A DNA stretch of 63,289 nucleotides, the filler included, from Octopus bimaculoides (taxonomy: Eukaryota): assembly GCF_001194135.2 (NCBI RefSeq). It is 4 parts of 4 records of this genome, joined end to end, with 100 filler letters (N's around TTAATTAATTAA, not from the genome) between each part and the next. Parts side by side here need not be neighbours in the genome. Positions count along the whole stretch, not along the records: positions 28,537 to 45,492 come from NC_068993.1; positions 45,593 to 60,859 come from NC_068990.1; 2 more parts are not named here. One strand, written 5' to 3'. The notes below the pieces were generated by a model, which was not told where the DNA came from, made no database searches, and saw only the letters and a program-made list of their open reading frames with translations. This document shows positions 39,873 through 52,168 of this stretch, piece by piece. The first letter of the stretch is position 1. Each line of letters opens with the position of its first letter. The translations under genes and the position numbers were made by a program.

Positions 39873-40878
39873 GCATATACTGGAATATCTAGACATGTTC
39901 ATATATACTTAAATGATAAAGTTCTGGAAAGTTTTACAAATTTTTACTGTTGCTGTGATGGATTGGATCTGTAGTCTTCGAATCAATTTTCTCCTCTCTG
40001 GTTTTGAGAGGCCTAATTTCTCAAGATGGGTATTTATGAAGTGTGTTACATATCCCTGTGCCCCAATAATTACAGGTATAAACCCGAACTTGTAATCTGG
40101 ATAGAGTAAAAGCACATTTCTCAATAGTTCAGCGTAGGTATTCTCTTTTTCACTAATCTTCAGTTTTATGTTAACATATGCTGGGCAGCGGATTTCCATA
40201 ACTGTACAGTTTCTCTTCTGTATCCCAAATCTTTATATCAGGACTACTGTATTTACATTTTATTGATGTTTTCACTGGAACATTCCGCAAGTATTCCTTT
40301 CATTATGTGGTTTCTTATTTCTTTGTCCTCGGGTACAATTCTGACAGATTTCATTATATAGTGCCCTAGCTACAACATCATGTCTCATCGGCAGCTAATA
40401 CCGTGATGACATTTAAGGACGACTGTTTATGATGTGGGTGATGTCTTCGGTCTTCACTCCACGAAGTCTGCATCAGTTGTCACATTTTACTGCTTTTCTT
40501 GCATCTCTATACCTTTTGTGCATCAAGTATTAGGTTGATATTTCCTGTTCCTGGATTACAAACGGATACCCTTCAAATTGGGAGTTAGTAATCCGGTTGT
40601 TGGCCAATGATAGACTACTTTGATGATCAACGTTACTATTATCTCGGAGCTTTCTACTAACATATCCATGCATGGTCTTCTGTTCATATACGCTCATCCT
40701 TTCCTCTGGATGATACGTTGCAGTAGAGTCGTGTGACTTCTTCGGGCATGTATTTAAGGTTGTCAGACAAGGAATGCTGTTCAAGGAGCTGCCTTCCAAG
40801 TCTATAATGTTATCAGCCTCATATATGCAAACTTGGTGAAGGGATACCTTTCGACACTTGATGGTTTAAAAATGATGC
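39873..40878 (-). mobile_element. RLE LINE (third family) 3' part: post-RT, CCHC, RLE
   Basis: Minus strand reads QVCIYEADNII...SQFEGYPFVIQEQEIST...THIINS...LPMRHDVVA...KISEKENTYAELLRN...FIPVIIGAQGYV...TVKICKTF. Confidence 0.85.
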
Positions 40879-40879
40879 T

Positions 40880-41515
40880 GTAGGTATATGATGCAACGTT
40901 CAAAGGCATTTTGGATCGATGTTATACCTGTGCCTCCTTGTTTTCGTTTTATGCTTTCTGTAAACCCCTTGTCATTCATGTTAAGGAAGTCTGAAGGATA
41001 TCTCACTAGTTCACAAGGAAACAGAAATAGCAAAATTACACATTGTTCCTTTGTGGTTGACTTGAAACTGAATGCAAAGAATATGCATGAAATGAAAAAA
41101 AAAAAGCTTTGACCTGATTACAACATTCTCAAAGGATATAGGGCTGGAATTTGGTCAGGAGAAATGTTGCTCTATGGCTGTGAAAAGAAGGAAAACTGTA
41201 AACCAAACTAGCGACATCTCCACCAAGATTTAACTCTTTCCCCTATATCTGAAGATATAGGTATCTCGAAGGTAGGTGAAAACATCTTACAATCACACCT
41301 GTAACAACACACGTGTCACTAAAGAATATTACCGCCGAATAAAGACAATTTGTACCTCAGAAATCTCTGCATTCAATAAAACAGTGACCCACAATGTGTT
41401 TTCAGTGCCAGTACGCATATAAACAAATGGGCTACTTGATTGGACACCTGATGAGATCCGAACCATTGATGTGAAAACCTGGAAGATTCTAACAAGCACA
41501 TATAATCTCCACATC
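40880..41515 (+). mobile_element. RLE LINE RT segment, inverted relative to the adjacent 3' part
   Basis: Plus strand reads LSVNPLSFMLRKSEGY...ITHCSFVVDLKLNAK (degenerate FVDDLK)...ITTFSKDIGLEFGQEKC...LDWTPDEIRTIDVKTWKILTSTYNLHI. Confidence 0.85.
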
Positions 41516-42223
41516 AGAAGATGGCACTGCATCTAAATTCATGTAATGAATGCATTGTTCAATTAAATGGAGTCACTTAAAACGGTTGTACTGCATCACT
41601 ACTTGATATACTGTTACCTATTTTGATTATGCCTATNNNNNNNNNNNNNNNNNNNNNNNNNNNNNNNNNNNNNNNNNNNNNNNNNNNNNNNNNNNNNNNN
41701 NNNNNNNNNNNNNNNNNNNNNNNNNNNNNNNNNNNNNNNNATATATATTTCATTGTGTCTGGGGAGAGAATTCTCTTTTAGTGCCTTATTACTTAACACT
41801 CATCGGTTCTATTTCCACTCATTTACTTATCTTTTCTTTCTGTATGTATGTACTTATTTTTTCTTTATGTATGTATATATGTGTGTGTATGCATATATAT
41901 GCATACACACATACACACATATTCCTGCATACACACACATACATACATATGTGTATACACATGCACACTGACGCACACACTTGTGCATAAAAAACAAAAG
42001 GAACGCAGCTTAGATAACGGATAGAGCCGACGACAATTGAAAAGGTCGCGCGACGCAACGAAAATTTTAGAAAACATAAATAAGTAAATGAGTGTAAATC
42101 GAACCGGTGAGTGTGTTAAGTAATAAGCCACTGAAAGAGAATGACTCTCCCCAGATACAATGAAATATACTTCAACACATGAATCTTCATGAAGGATATT
42201 GCAACGCAAATACAAAAACGAAA

Positions 42224-42307
<84 letters not shown>

Positions 42308-44435
42308 GAAAGAAAAAAACCACAATTATTGAATTCATCCATGAAAATCCACAATCACATATAGAAAAATTTAATAAGAAATCACACTAAAAAGACCTAT
42401 AATAAAAATCAAAAAAGTACAAAGTAATAAATATTAAAATAATAAAAATGACTACACGTGTTTCATAACCAAAGTTTCAAATAGAAAATGAAATAAAAAC
42501 CAAATCGATTCAAAATAAATCGATCGAAAATCAATTCTGTTAAAAAATATAGCTAACCTTCAGGTCAAAATACAATAATAATAATAAAATGAATGTATAT
42601 ATATCGACTAACAATAAATATCAAATGAATTTATATAAAAATACTTATTTTATCAATAAATAAAAGAAAAACATTTAACAATATTACTGAACATAAATGC
42701 AATACTTATCTTAGTTTAAGCTTTAGTTTAAGCTAGAAATGCAATACTTAAGCTAGAAATGCAATACTTATCTTAGTTTAAGCTTTAGTTTAAGCTAGAA
42801 TTTGAAACGTTATAGCTTTAACTTAGCGTTTATTAGAATTAAGTCTCATGAAAATATGGCGTAAAGAAAAGTAATAGAATAAAGAGATATATAAACATGT
42901 ATGTAAGTTTTATTTATAAAATCAAAATGTATTTTAGCTTTAATCATAATAAAAATTAACTTATAAACATTTACTGGAAATTTTAAAGTCTAAATAATTT
43001 TAAAGTCTATTAAATTAAAACTAAAATACATAAATTATATATCTATCAAAGAAGCTAAAAGGCTATAAATTAATGTATTTACATTAAATTAATTAATTAA
43101 AATATTTATATTATTTATTTTATAAAAATCATAGTATCATTTAATTATTAATATATAATATTCACTATACATAATTTATTGTATCACTAATATAAGACGA
43201 GGGAAAAAATGTAGTTTTTTTCCCTAATACTCATATGAATTTTGCTAAAAATGTATTATCCTTTCTGTTGGAAATCTATATGTTCATCTACAACTAAGGT
43301 GAGCGGTTTCTTTCAAATTAACGTACTATTTTCTTTGATTGATTAAATGAAGCCGCTTGAAACGGCCGTAAGATATTAATACCTGGACATCCTTGTTGTA
43401 TATTTCTTTTTGTTAACCTAACTTCGAGCAGCTCAGACTATACCAAAGTAGTTTGGTGCCTCAATTTCAGTACCTAATTCAAATGAATCATAATGATATA
43501 TATATATATATATATATATANNNNNNNNNNNNNNNNNNNNNNNNNNNNNNNNNNNNNNNNNNNNNNNNNNNNNNNNNNNNNNNNNNNNNNNNNNNNNNNN
43601 NNNNNNNNNNNNNNNNNNNNNNNNNNNNNNNNNNNNNNNNNNNNNNNNNNNNNNNNNNNNNNNNNNNNNNNNNNNNNNNNNNNNNNNNNNNNNNNNNNNN
43701 NNNNNNNNNNNNNNNNNNNNNNNNNNNNNNNAGACGCATTCGTGTCTACAGTAAATGATTACCGCTTCATTTTACTTAACCCTCATTTGTCACTCACGGT
43801 AAATGAGGTTTCAATAAAATGTATATATATCCTTTTATTCTGTTATTTATTTCTGTTATTTGACTAACGCCATGTCTGAGCACCACCTGAAACGGATTTT
43901 TAGACGAAAAATCGGCCCAAACTTATTCTTTGTAAGCCTAGTACTTATTCTATCGGTCCGTTTTGCCGAACCGCTACAGTTACGGGAGGGTAAACACGAC
44001 ATCGGTTGTCAAGCGATGGCTGTGGTGATGGTGGTGGGGACAAACACAGACACAAAGACACGCACATATAAATATATGCACATATGTATATGTGACAGAA
44101 TTCTTTCAGTTTCCGTCTTTTAATCCGCTCACAAGACTTTGATCGGTCCAAGCCTAAAGAAGAAGACACCTGCGCAAGTTGCCGCGCAGTGGGACGGAAC
44201 TCGGAACCTCGTGGTTGGGAAGCAAGCTTCTTACTCGGGGACTTGTATACTTCAGTTTGGCCATCTTCAAACACATTTTGAAATCAATCAACTTTGGAGC
44301 GAATATATGTTTTCCAATGGACTTCTTACATTTATTTCATACTTTATAAATGTGACTGTACCCACTAAAGAATCAATTTTTCAATCCTCAAAATGTAATG
44401 TGTATATTTACAAATATGTTAATAAGTATATAATC

Positions 44436-44509
<74 letters not shown>

Positions 44510-44525
44510 NNNNNNNNNNAGAGAG

Positions 44526-44584
<59 letters not shown>

Positions 44585-45019
44585 GTGAGAAAGAGATGTT
44601 TTCGAAAACAATGACTGAATCACGTATGACATCTTGAATTGTAATTAAATTTCAATAAATTGACCACATCGATACAATAGAAACGGAAAGAAGTTTTTTT
44701 TCTCTGTTTCCCTTCTTCCTCATTTCTTTCTCTTTCTTTCTTGTCCTTCTCTCTAAAATTGACATGTTTTCTTCTGGTCTTTCTCCTCCATTCCTTCCTC
44801 GTTTCTCTTTCTCCTCTTCTAAACAAAACAAAACAACATCCTCTTTTCGATTTGCATACAAGGCTGAAGAAATTTTCTGTGCCTAACATCTGAACGGTTC
44901 GATTGAATACACGAAACCGCTAATAAAGAATTATCCAAATGTCTGACTGCCTTCCTCTTAGTATACACTATCTGTACATCACTTCAAACACGCTATACAT
45001 ACATACATACATACATACA

Positions 45020-45051
<32 letters not shown>

Positions 45052-46193
45052 GTGAATGTATATATGTATATATATATAAATATATGTACACATGTATGTA
45101 TATATGTATGTATATGTATGTATATATATGTGTATATATATTTATGTATATATGTGTATTCATATGTATGTTTATATAAATGTATATGGAGAAATATTGG
45201 TGAACAATTGACTTACATCAATTATTATTTATTAATTCACTACAAATAGACTACATCCCATCTAACAGCCATTTCTGTTTCCAATGCTGTATGGCACTGG
45301 CATTCATATGCTAAAAATATTTATTATATTTGGAACATGGAGCTACATAAGAGTGAAGAATAGATAAAAAAGAAGACCCTAGAGAAGAAAATAAAGTTGA
45401 ATATAGTTGTAATCATACCATTTAGCTCGTGTATCTCTTTGGGAAGTTAAGTAAATGGCAAAGATATGTATATATGTATATATGTATGTATANNNNNNNN
45501 NNNNNNNNNNNNNNNNNNNNNNNNNNNNNNNNNNNNTTAATTAATTAANNNNNNNNNNNNNNNNNNNNNNNNNNNNNNNNNNNNNNNNNNNNATATACAT
45601 ATACATATATAAGGGCATAACTATACAAGAATGCCTCACGTTAACAACCGTAATAAACACATTTTTACCGAATGCGAGGAAATGCAGCCTTCAAAGAAGC
45701 TAGCCCTCTAAAAACAGACTGAACTATAGATCACCGATTTCGTGATCATTATAGTAATATATAATCTTCACTCGTCAGTATAGTATAGTATAGTCAAGAC
45801 ACATAGAAATAGACAAAAAGTCAACATACACCTCATGTATTCTGGACAGCACATAGAAGATTGTTTATCTCTATATATCTATGAAAAAGGCGGGCTTTTC
45901 GAGCTGCACTTCGGTACCATGTGTTTTTAATCGGAATAAAATTCAGCACTGAATATATTCCAGTTATATATTTAATTAATACAATAATAGGATTAACTTT
46001 TATATAAACTACTTGATAACTTCTTATATATAGGCGCAGGAGTGGCTGTGTGGTAAGTAGCTTGCTTACCAACCACATGGTTCTGGGTTCAGTCCCTGAA
46101 CAAGTGCCTTCTACTATAGCTTCGGGCTGACCAAACCCTTGTGAGTGGATTTGGTTGACGGAAACTGAAAGAAGACCGTCGTATATATATATA

Positions 46194-46232
<39 letters not shown>

Positions 46233-46828
46233 GCGCAACTATGACTGAGTAGTTAAGAAGCTTGCTTTTCAACCGCACGGTTTTGGGTTCAGTCCCATTG
46301 CACGGCACATCGGGCAAGTATCTTCTACTATATTCCTGGGCCAATCAGTGCTTTGTGAGTGGATTTTGCTGACAAAAATTGAAAGAAGCCCATCGAATAT
46401 ATATACATATGTGTGTATGAGTGTGTCTATGTCTGTATGTATATGAGTGTGTCTGCACGCGCGCACGCGCGTGTGTGTGCGTGTGTGTTTGTCTCTTATC
46501 ACCGCTTGGTAACAGGTGTTGGTTTCCTTACGTCTCTGTAACTTAGCGGTTCCACAAAAGAGACATGTAGTATACTTACCCGACTCAAAATGAAATCATA
46601 AGTACTGAGATCGATTTTATTCTTTCAACTAAGTCCTTCAAGGCGGTACCCCAGCATGGCCGCAGTCCAATGACTGAAACGAGTAAAAGATAAATATGAA
46701 ATACATAAATAGACGTGGATAATAAAGTCTCTACGGAATCAGAAATACCATCATTTTTCAGAAGTAAATCCTGGACACACAGACAGACACACACACACAG
46801 ACAGACACACACACACACACATATATAT

Positions 46829-46892
<64 letters not shown>

Positions 46893-47803
46893 ATATTTCG
46901 GGAAGTCCATTCATCGAATAAAAAGTCCAGTAGGCTAATGCTTTGATTTCTTTATTCTTCGTCAGACATGTTTAGCAGGCATATCTATAGAAAACATTTA
47001 AATACTTTCTATAGCTAGATTGCTAACGGACATATATAAAGCCTAACAGAAATATTCAACTTCATCCAAATTTCCTTTATTAAAATATAAATGATTCACG
47101 CGAATGTGTCGACAGAAATATAAGACTATCTTAAAACTGTTACTATTCGTAGGTAATTAGTACGATCGAATAATTCATATGTTGTCTGTCTATTTACATC
47201 CAAACTCATTGTTCAAAGTTTTTTGGGAAGTTAAATATGAATTGATACGAATTGTTCAAAGTTTTGTTTTAAGACTGTAGTAAGAAAAAATTTTAAGATG
47301 GTTTATTTTCTGTCTGACTTAAATCGTTAACTCTTTATCACCATTTGAATATAGAGTATAGAGTTTATGCTCAGTATTTGATGAAAAATATTTATTTATT
47401 TGCTCTTTTGCTTGTTTCACTCATTAGACAGCGGCCATACTAGAGCATCGCCCTTGTAGGGTTAGTTTGGTACTTATTCCATAGCCTACGCTCTCTTTGC
47501 CAGACCTTGATGTTTGTTAAGTGGACATAAAGATGTGTTGTCAAAAGGTGGAGGAACTAACATAAACACAGAATACCAATACATACAGCAGCCTCAACGA
47601 GTGTCAGCGTCCGACTGATCGTCATCTGCTGCTAGGCTCCAGCAGGCAGCCCCAGCTAGTTGTCACGTGACACTGTCTAAATTTCCCGCTGCTAGGGTCC
47701 AGTAGGCAGCACCAGCAACTTGTCACATGACACTGTCTAAACTTCCCGCTGCTAGGCTCCAGCAAGTAGCCCAGCAAGTTGTCACATGACACTGTCTAAA
47801 CTT

Positions 47804-48243
47804 TAACTGACAATGGAGGGCGCGAAGCCACTTCAGTGTCAGCCTGTCTCACCTAGACATGTTATGACTTTCAAGCCATATTCGGTCTTCCCGCTTCAGC
47901 CATATATAGAAGCTGGCTTTTTCGATCGCCTCCTGTATCCTCCTTATCAGNNNNNNNNNNNNNNNNNNNNNNNNNNNNNNNNNNNNNNNNNNNNNNNNNN
48001 NNNNNNNNNNNNNNNNNNNNNNNNNNNNNNNCACCAAATGTACATTCCGCCTTTCTTCTTCCTCCTTTCTCACTTCGTGTACCACTGACTCTTTCATCTC
48101 TTTTATACTGCTCTTGCAAAATGGCCTGAAACTGCTCGTCCCTAGACCGGCTCTTGCTTCTTGCGTTGCTCCAACTATATCGGCATGTTTTAGTATTCCG
48201 ATCGCCCTGTTTACTGCCTCTTCCGCATTCCATTTCCTCCCTG
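47804..48243 (-). mobile_element. HERO/NeSL-like RLE LINE fragments (post-RT region and ORF C-terminus, separated by an N gap)
   Basis: Minus strand reads WNAEEAVNRAIGILKHADIVGATQEARAGLG...VHEVRKEEEERR and, after the gap, IQEAIEKASFYIWLKRED. Both resemble HERO-type ORF motifs. Confidence 0.7.
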
Positions 48244-48387
48244 AAGTTTAGACAGTGTAGCAGCGGGAAGTTTAGACAGTGTCATGTGACAACTTGCTGG
48301 TGCTGCCTACTGGACCCTAGCAGCGGGAAATTTAGACAGTGTCACGTGTTAACTAGCTGGGGCTGCCTGCTGGAGCCTAGCAGCAGA

Positions 48388-48420
48388 TATAAAAAGGGGA
48401 ACTTGACATGACGATCAGTC
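48388..48420 (+). promoter_or_regulatory. Candidate Pol II core promoter (TATA + Inr) downstream of tandem E-boxes
   Basis: TATAAAAA at 48388 and TCAGTC at 48415-48420, with the Inr A 29 nt from the first T of the TATA box (canonical spacing). E-box repeats lie immediately upstream. Confidence 0.5.
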
Positions 48421-48649
48421 GGACGCTGACACTCGTTGATGCTGCATCGAAGAGGCCAGGGAATAGAAGTAAGAAGACATGCACCCAACACCAGAGCTGA
48501 AGACACCTCCGAAAGGAGGGCCTCGCCACGTCAAGACGGTAGAGGAGTAGGAGCCGAAACCGGACGTGGTTCCTCCTGATGATGTCTTGAGCTAACTGGA
48601 TCCTATAAAGGAGCTGTTGTGGTAGCAGACCACGAAACATGGTTGAAAT

Positions 48650-49135
48650 TCCTTTGAAGCAATGCATCTGTCCAAATGTGTTTTCGTTTAAGGACTCTTT
48701 TCATTCGGGGTAACAAAGAAAAAGTTACTGGGAGCAAGATCGGGTGAATAGGGAGGATGGATAAACGGGGGTTACAATCAAAGCAGTGCTTCAGAGCTGC
48801 TACGTAAAATATATGGTTAACAGTTTGATCAGGGGGAACAAATTCTGTGTGGACAAATTCCTTTTGCATCGATGAAACAAATCAGTATCGTCTTCACGTT
48901 GGACTTCACTTGACGCGCTTTTGGGGGGAAGCATTGAATGCTTTGAATGGAAGCTTTGAATGCTTCCATTTACTTGATTGCTGCTTCATTTCTGGGTCGT
49001 AGCAGTAGCACCAGCTTTCGTCACCAGTGATGACCTTCGAAAAAAGGTCCGAATCAACTTCCAACTGTTCTTCCAGTTCACGAGACGCTTTCAGTGACTA
49101 CTCTTGATTTTCTGTGAGCAAGCGAGACACGAATC
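48650..49135 (-). mobile_element. Mariner (DD34D) transposase fragment with internal deletion
   Basis: SKVITGDESWCYCYDPEMKQQSSKW, PQKARQVKSNVKTILICFID and EFVPPDQTVN, then a jump to an FSLLPRMKRVLK segment. Confidence 0.88.
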
Positions 49136-49394
49136 TTACTGCAACTCTTTTCTGTCTAACACAGTCAGTTCCCACATGATGTATATATATAAACATATAT
49201 ATTATATATATATATATGCATATATATATATGACGGGCTTCTTTTAATTTCTGGCTACTAAATCCACTGACAAGGATTTGGTCAGCCTGAGGCTATAGAA
49301 GAAGACACTTGCCCAAGGTGCCACGCAGAAGAACTGAGCCCAGACCCATGTGGCTGGGGAGCAATCTTCTTACCACACACCCACTCATATATAA

Positions 49395-49430
<36 letters not shown>

Positions 49431-49489
49431 ATGTAGAGTATATATAAACATATATACTCATTCATACGTGCATGCACATACGTTCATAA

Positions 49490-49524
<35 letters not shown>

Positions 49525-49549
49525 NNNNNNNNNNCACACACACACGCAC

Positions 49550-49582
<33 letters not shown>

Positions 49583-50088
49583 TGGATCGGCTGAAAAGTT
49601 CATTGGCTGACCAAGGTACTCTCGTAGATTGTGACCAAATGTGTTTTATTTCCAACATAGACCAAAAAGTAAAGGTCAAAATAAAAATTAAAACAAAAAT
49701 GATGTTTTTTTTATTTTGCTTTTATCTTTTTTACATTCACTTGACCAAGACTATCATTCAATAAGATCCTTTCTTAGCTGTCCTCTCTTCCCCCGCCAAA
49801 CAAGGTGACATGAAGCTCACAATGTCTCTGTTATTCTTACTATCACTATTGTTGCTGTTGTTGCAACTATTGTGATGAGTTTGTGTTTTGTTGTTCGTAC
49901 GTACCGCCTACCACCAGAATGTAATTGATTGGGGGTATTCTAGAAGTCTTTTTTTTTTTATCGGACTTCACCCGATGAAGCACCCACGAAAAAATTTAGC
50001 AACCAATGTGAGTCAACAAGTAAAATTACTGTGACTAATGTCTGATATACTAAACACAATTCTGTTTTGAATATCAGACATCAGTCAC

Positions 50089-50360
50089 GGGCATATGGCA
50101 TATTGGTTAAGAACGCGGGCTACTAACTCCAAGATTCTGAGTTCGATTCCAAGCAGCGACCTGAACAACAACAATAATAATGATAATAATAATAATAATA
50201 ATAACATCGAAAAACACCTTAAGAATGAGAACCAAGTTTGGAAATTTCCCCAAGACACCTGATGAAGGCTGGAGGGTATATCAGCCGAAACGTTGTGTTA
50301 ACAACAAAGATGAGGACAAATATCCGTCAAATGTAAATAATGTAAATAACGTAAATAATG
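50089..50360 (+). mobile_element. SINE-like element: tRNA-derived head, (AAT)n linker and hammerhead-containing tail
   Basis: A-box-like TGGCATATTGG and B-box GAGTTCGATTCC in 50089-50150. The tail ends in tandem GTAAATAAT units. A 12-bp direct repeat CACAATTCTGTT lies at 50055-66 and 50361-72. Confidence 0.72.
50254..50299 (+). ncRNA. Minimal type I hammerhead ribozyme motif (Penelope-like-element style)
   Basis: Sequence GACAC-CTGATGA-A-GGCTG(10-nt loop)CAGCC-GAA-ACGT-T-GTGTT. Core CUGAUGA is at 50259-65 and GAAA at 50287-90. Stem II has 5 bp, stem I is GACAC/GTGTT, and stem III is the palindrome ACGU. Predicted cleavage is after GUU at 50294. Confidence 0.7.
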
Positions 50361-50444
50361 CACAATTCTGTTGTCATACTTATAAAGAGGACTGCTTTTA
50401 CAAAAGCAAGATATATTTTTTTTTGCGTTGATGTTTTTCCTCCA

Positions 50445-50500
<56 letters not shown>

Positions 50501-52168
50501 TTTTTTTTTTGCAAAGAGAAATGATTGTCTGAATATAGAAGCCTATCTAATCAATATATTGCTACCATCAAAGATTCAGTCGTTTCGTTTCTTTTCGGTG
50601 CATTTCAGCTTTTCAACCATAATTTTCTCTGACGCATTTTTTTCCTTCTTTGACTTGTCTCAATATGGTATATATTTCTTTGAAACTAATTCGTCTAGAG
50701 TCTCACAGAAACATACAAAGGCGTTAGCTAGTTAATAATTGAAACTGTCTCATTCAACGAGATGCAGTAATTCATATACTACGCATATATGTGTGAGTCT
50801 GTCTATGTATGCATGTGTGTAGGTATGTATGTATGTATTTATACTTGTTCGTGTCTGCATGTGTGTGTGTGTATATATACATAGAGATAGAGAGACAGAG
50901 ACAGAGAGAGAGATAAAGAGCGAGAGAGAAGGAGAGAGGGATACTTATAGATATAGACATATATACATGTACACATATATATATGCATATATATGCATAT
51001 ANNNNNNNNNNNNNNNNNNNNNNNNNNNNNNNNNNNNNNNNNNNNNNNNNNNNNNNNNNNNNNNNNNNNNNNNNNNNNNNNNNNNNNNNNNNNNNNNNNN
51101 NNNNNNNNNNNNNNNNNNNNNNNNNNNNNNNNNNNNNNNNNNNNNNNNNNNNNNNNNNNNNNNNNNNNNNNNNNNNNNNNNNNNNNNNNNNNNNNNNNNN
51201 NNNNNNNNNNNNNNNNNNNNNNNNNNNNNNNNNNNNNNNNNNNNNNNNNNNNNNNNNNNNNNNNNNNNNNNNNNNNNNNNNNNNNNNNNNNNNNNNNNNN
51301 NNNNNNNNNNNNNNNNNNNNNNNNNNNNNNNNNNNNNNNNNNNNNNNNNNNNNNNNNNNNNNNNNNNNNNNNNNNNNNNNNNNNNNNNNNNNNNNNNNNN
51401 NNNNNNNNNNNNNNNNNNNNNNNNNNNNNNNNNNNNNNNNNNNNNNNNNNNNNNNNNNNNNNNNNNNNNNNNNNNNNNNNNNNNNNNNNNNNNNNNNNNN
51501 NNNNNNNNNNNNNNNNNNNNNNNTTTTGACGTAATGAAATAGTGGAAGCCAAAATTGAAATTTAAAAAATTAATTCTATTCAGAGTTCCTTTTTGCTGTT
51601 TTTTTCCTTTTTTCAATAATAAATTTTTTTTTTTAACATTTCTACGATTTCTACGATGTGTAAATCATGTTTATACAAAACTTGTGTAATATGAAACGGA
51701 GGAAGTAGTTCTAAACATGCCAGAGTTCAATAATAAACGGCGTAAGAAAAATCATCTCTGAAGCAGAAGCGAACCATTTCAGGGTCCTGTCCATGACCAC
51801 ATGACTGACCTGCTAGAAATAGCACCTAAACCTCTCTCTCAAATCGAATCCCGATGTCTGAAAAATTAAGTAGCTATTGGATAATGTAATCTTGAGTATT
51901 TAAAAAGATGGGTTTTATATATCCAGAGATAAAGCACGCTGTTAATATAGATAGACCTGCATCCCCAAAGACTAGCCCATCTCTTCAAGGCCGGAAGATA
52001 ATTTCATCTTTAACAATTATTGACAAAGTTCGTGAAGGTGCGTGGCGTAGTGATTAAGATGCTCCACTCACGAACGCAAGCTTATGGTTTCGATTCTCAG
52101 AACGGGTAGTGCGTTGTGCACTTGAGCAAAACACTTCATTTCAGGCTGTCTGTCTGTCTATCTAAATA

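Larger units (their letters stand above)
47588..48445. repeat. Inverted-repeat (foldback-like) structure with ~200-bp arms built of 60-bp tandem units
   Basis: Left arm 47588-47803 is the reverse complement of right arm 48244-48445. Units start at 47628, 47688 and 47748, each with GTCACGTGAC or GTCACATGAC. The right arm has an extra 21 bp containing TATAAAAA. Confidence 0.9.

Noticed and set aside
43190-43202. ATAAGACGAG resembling mitochondrial 16S rRNA
   Set aside because: The match does not continue into AAGACCCT; probably chance.
50089-50160. tRNA-like sequences here and at other SINE heads as true tRNA genes
   Set aside because: Acceptor stems are incomplete, and the heads run into SINE bodies with TSDs.
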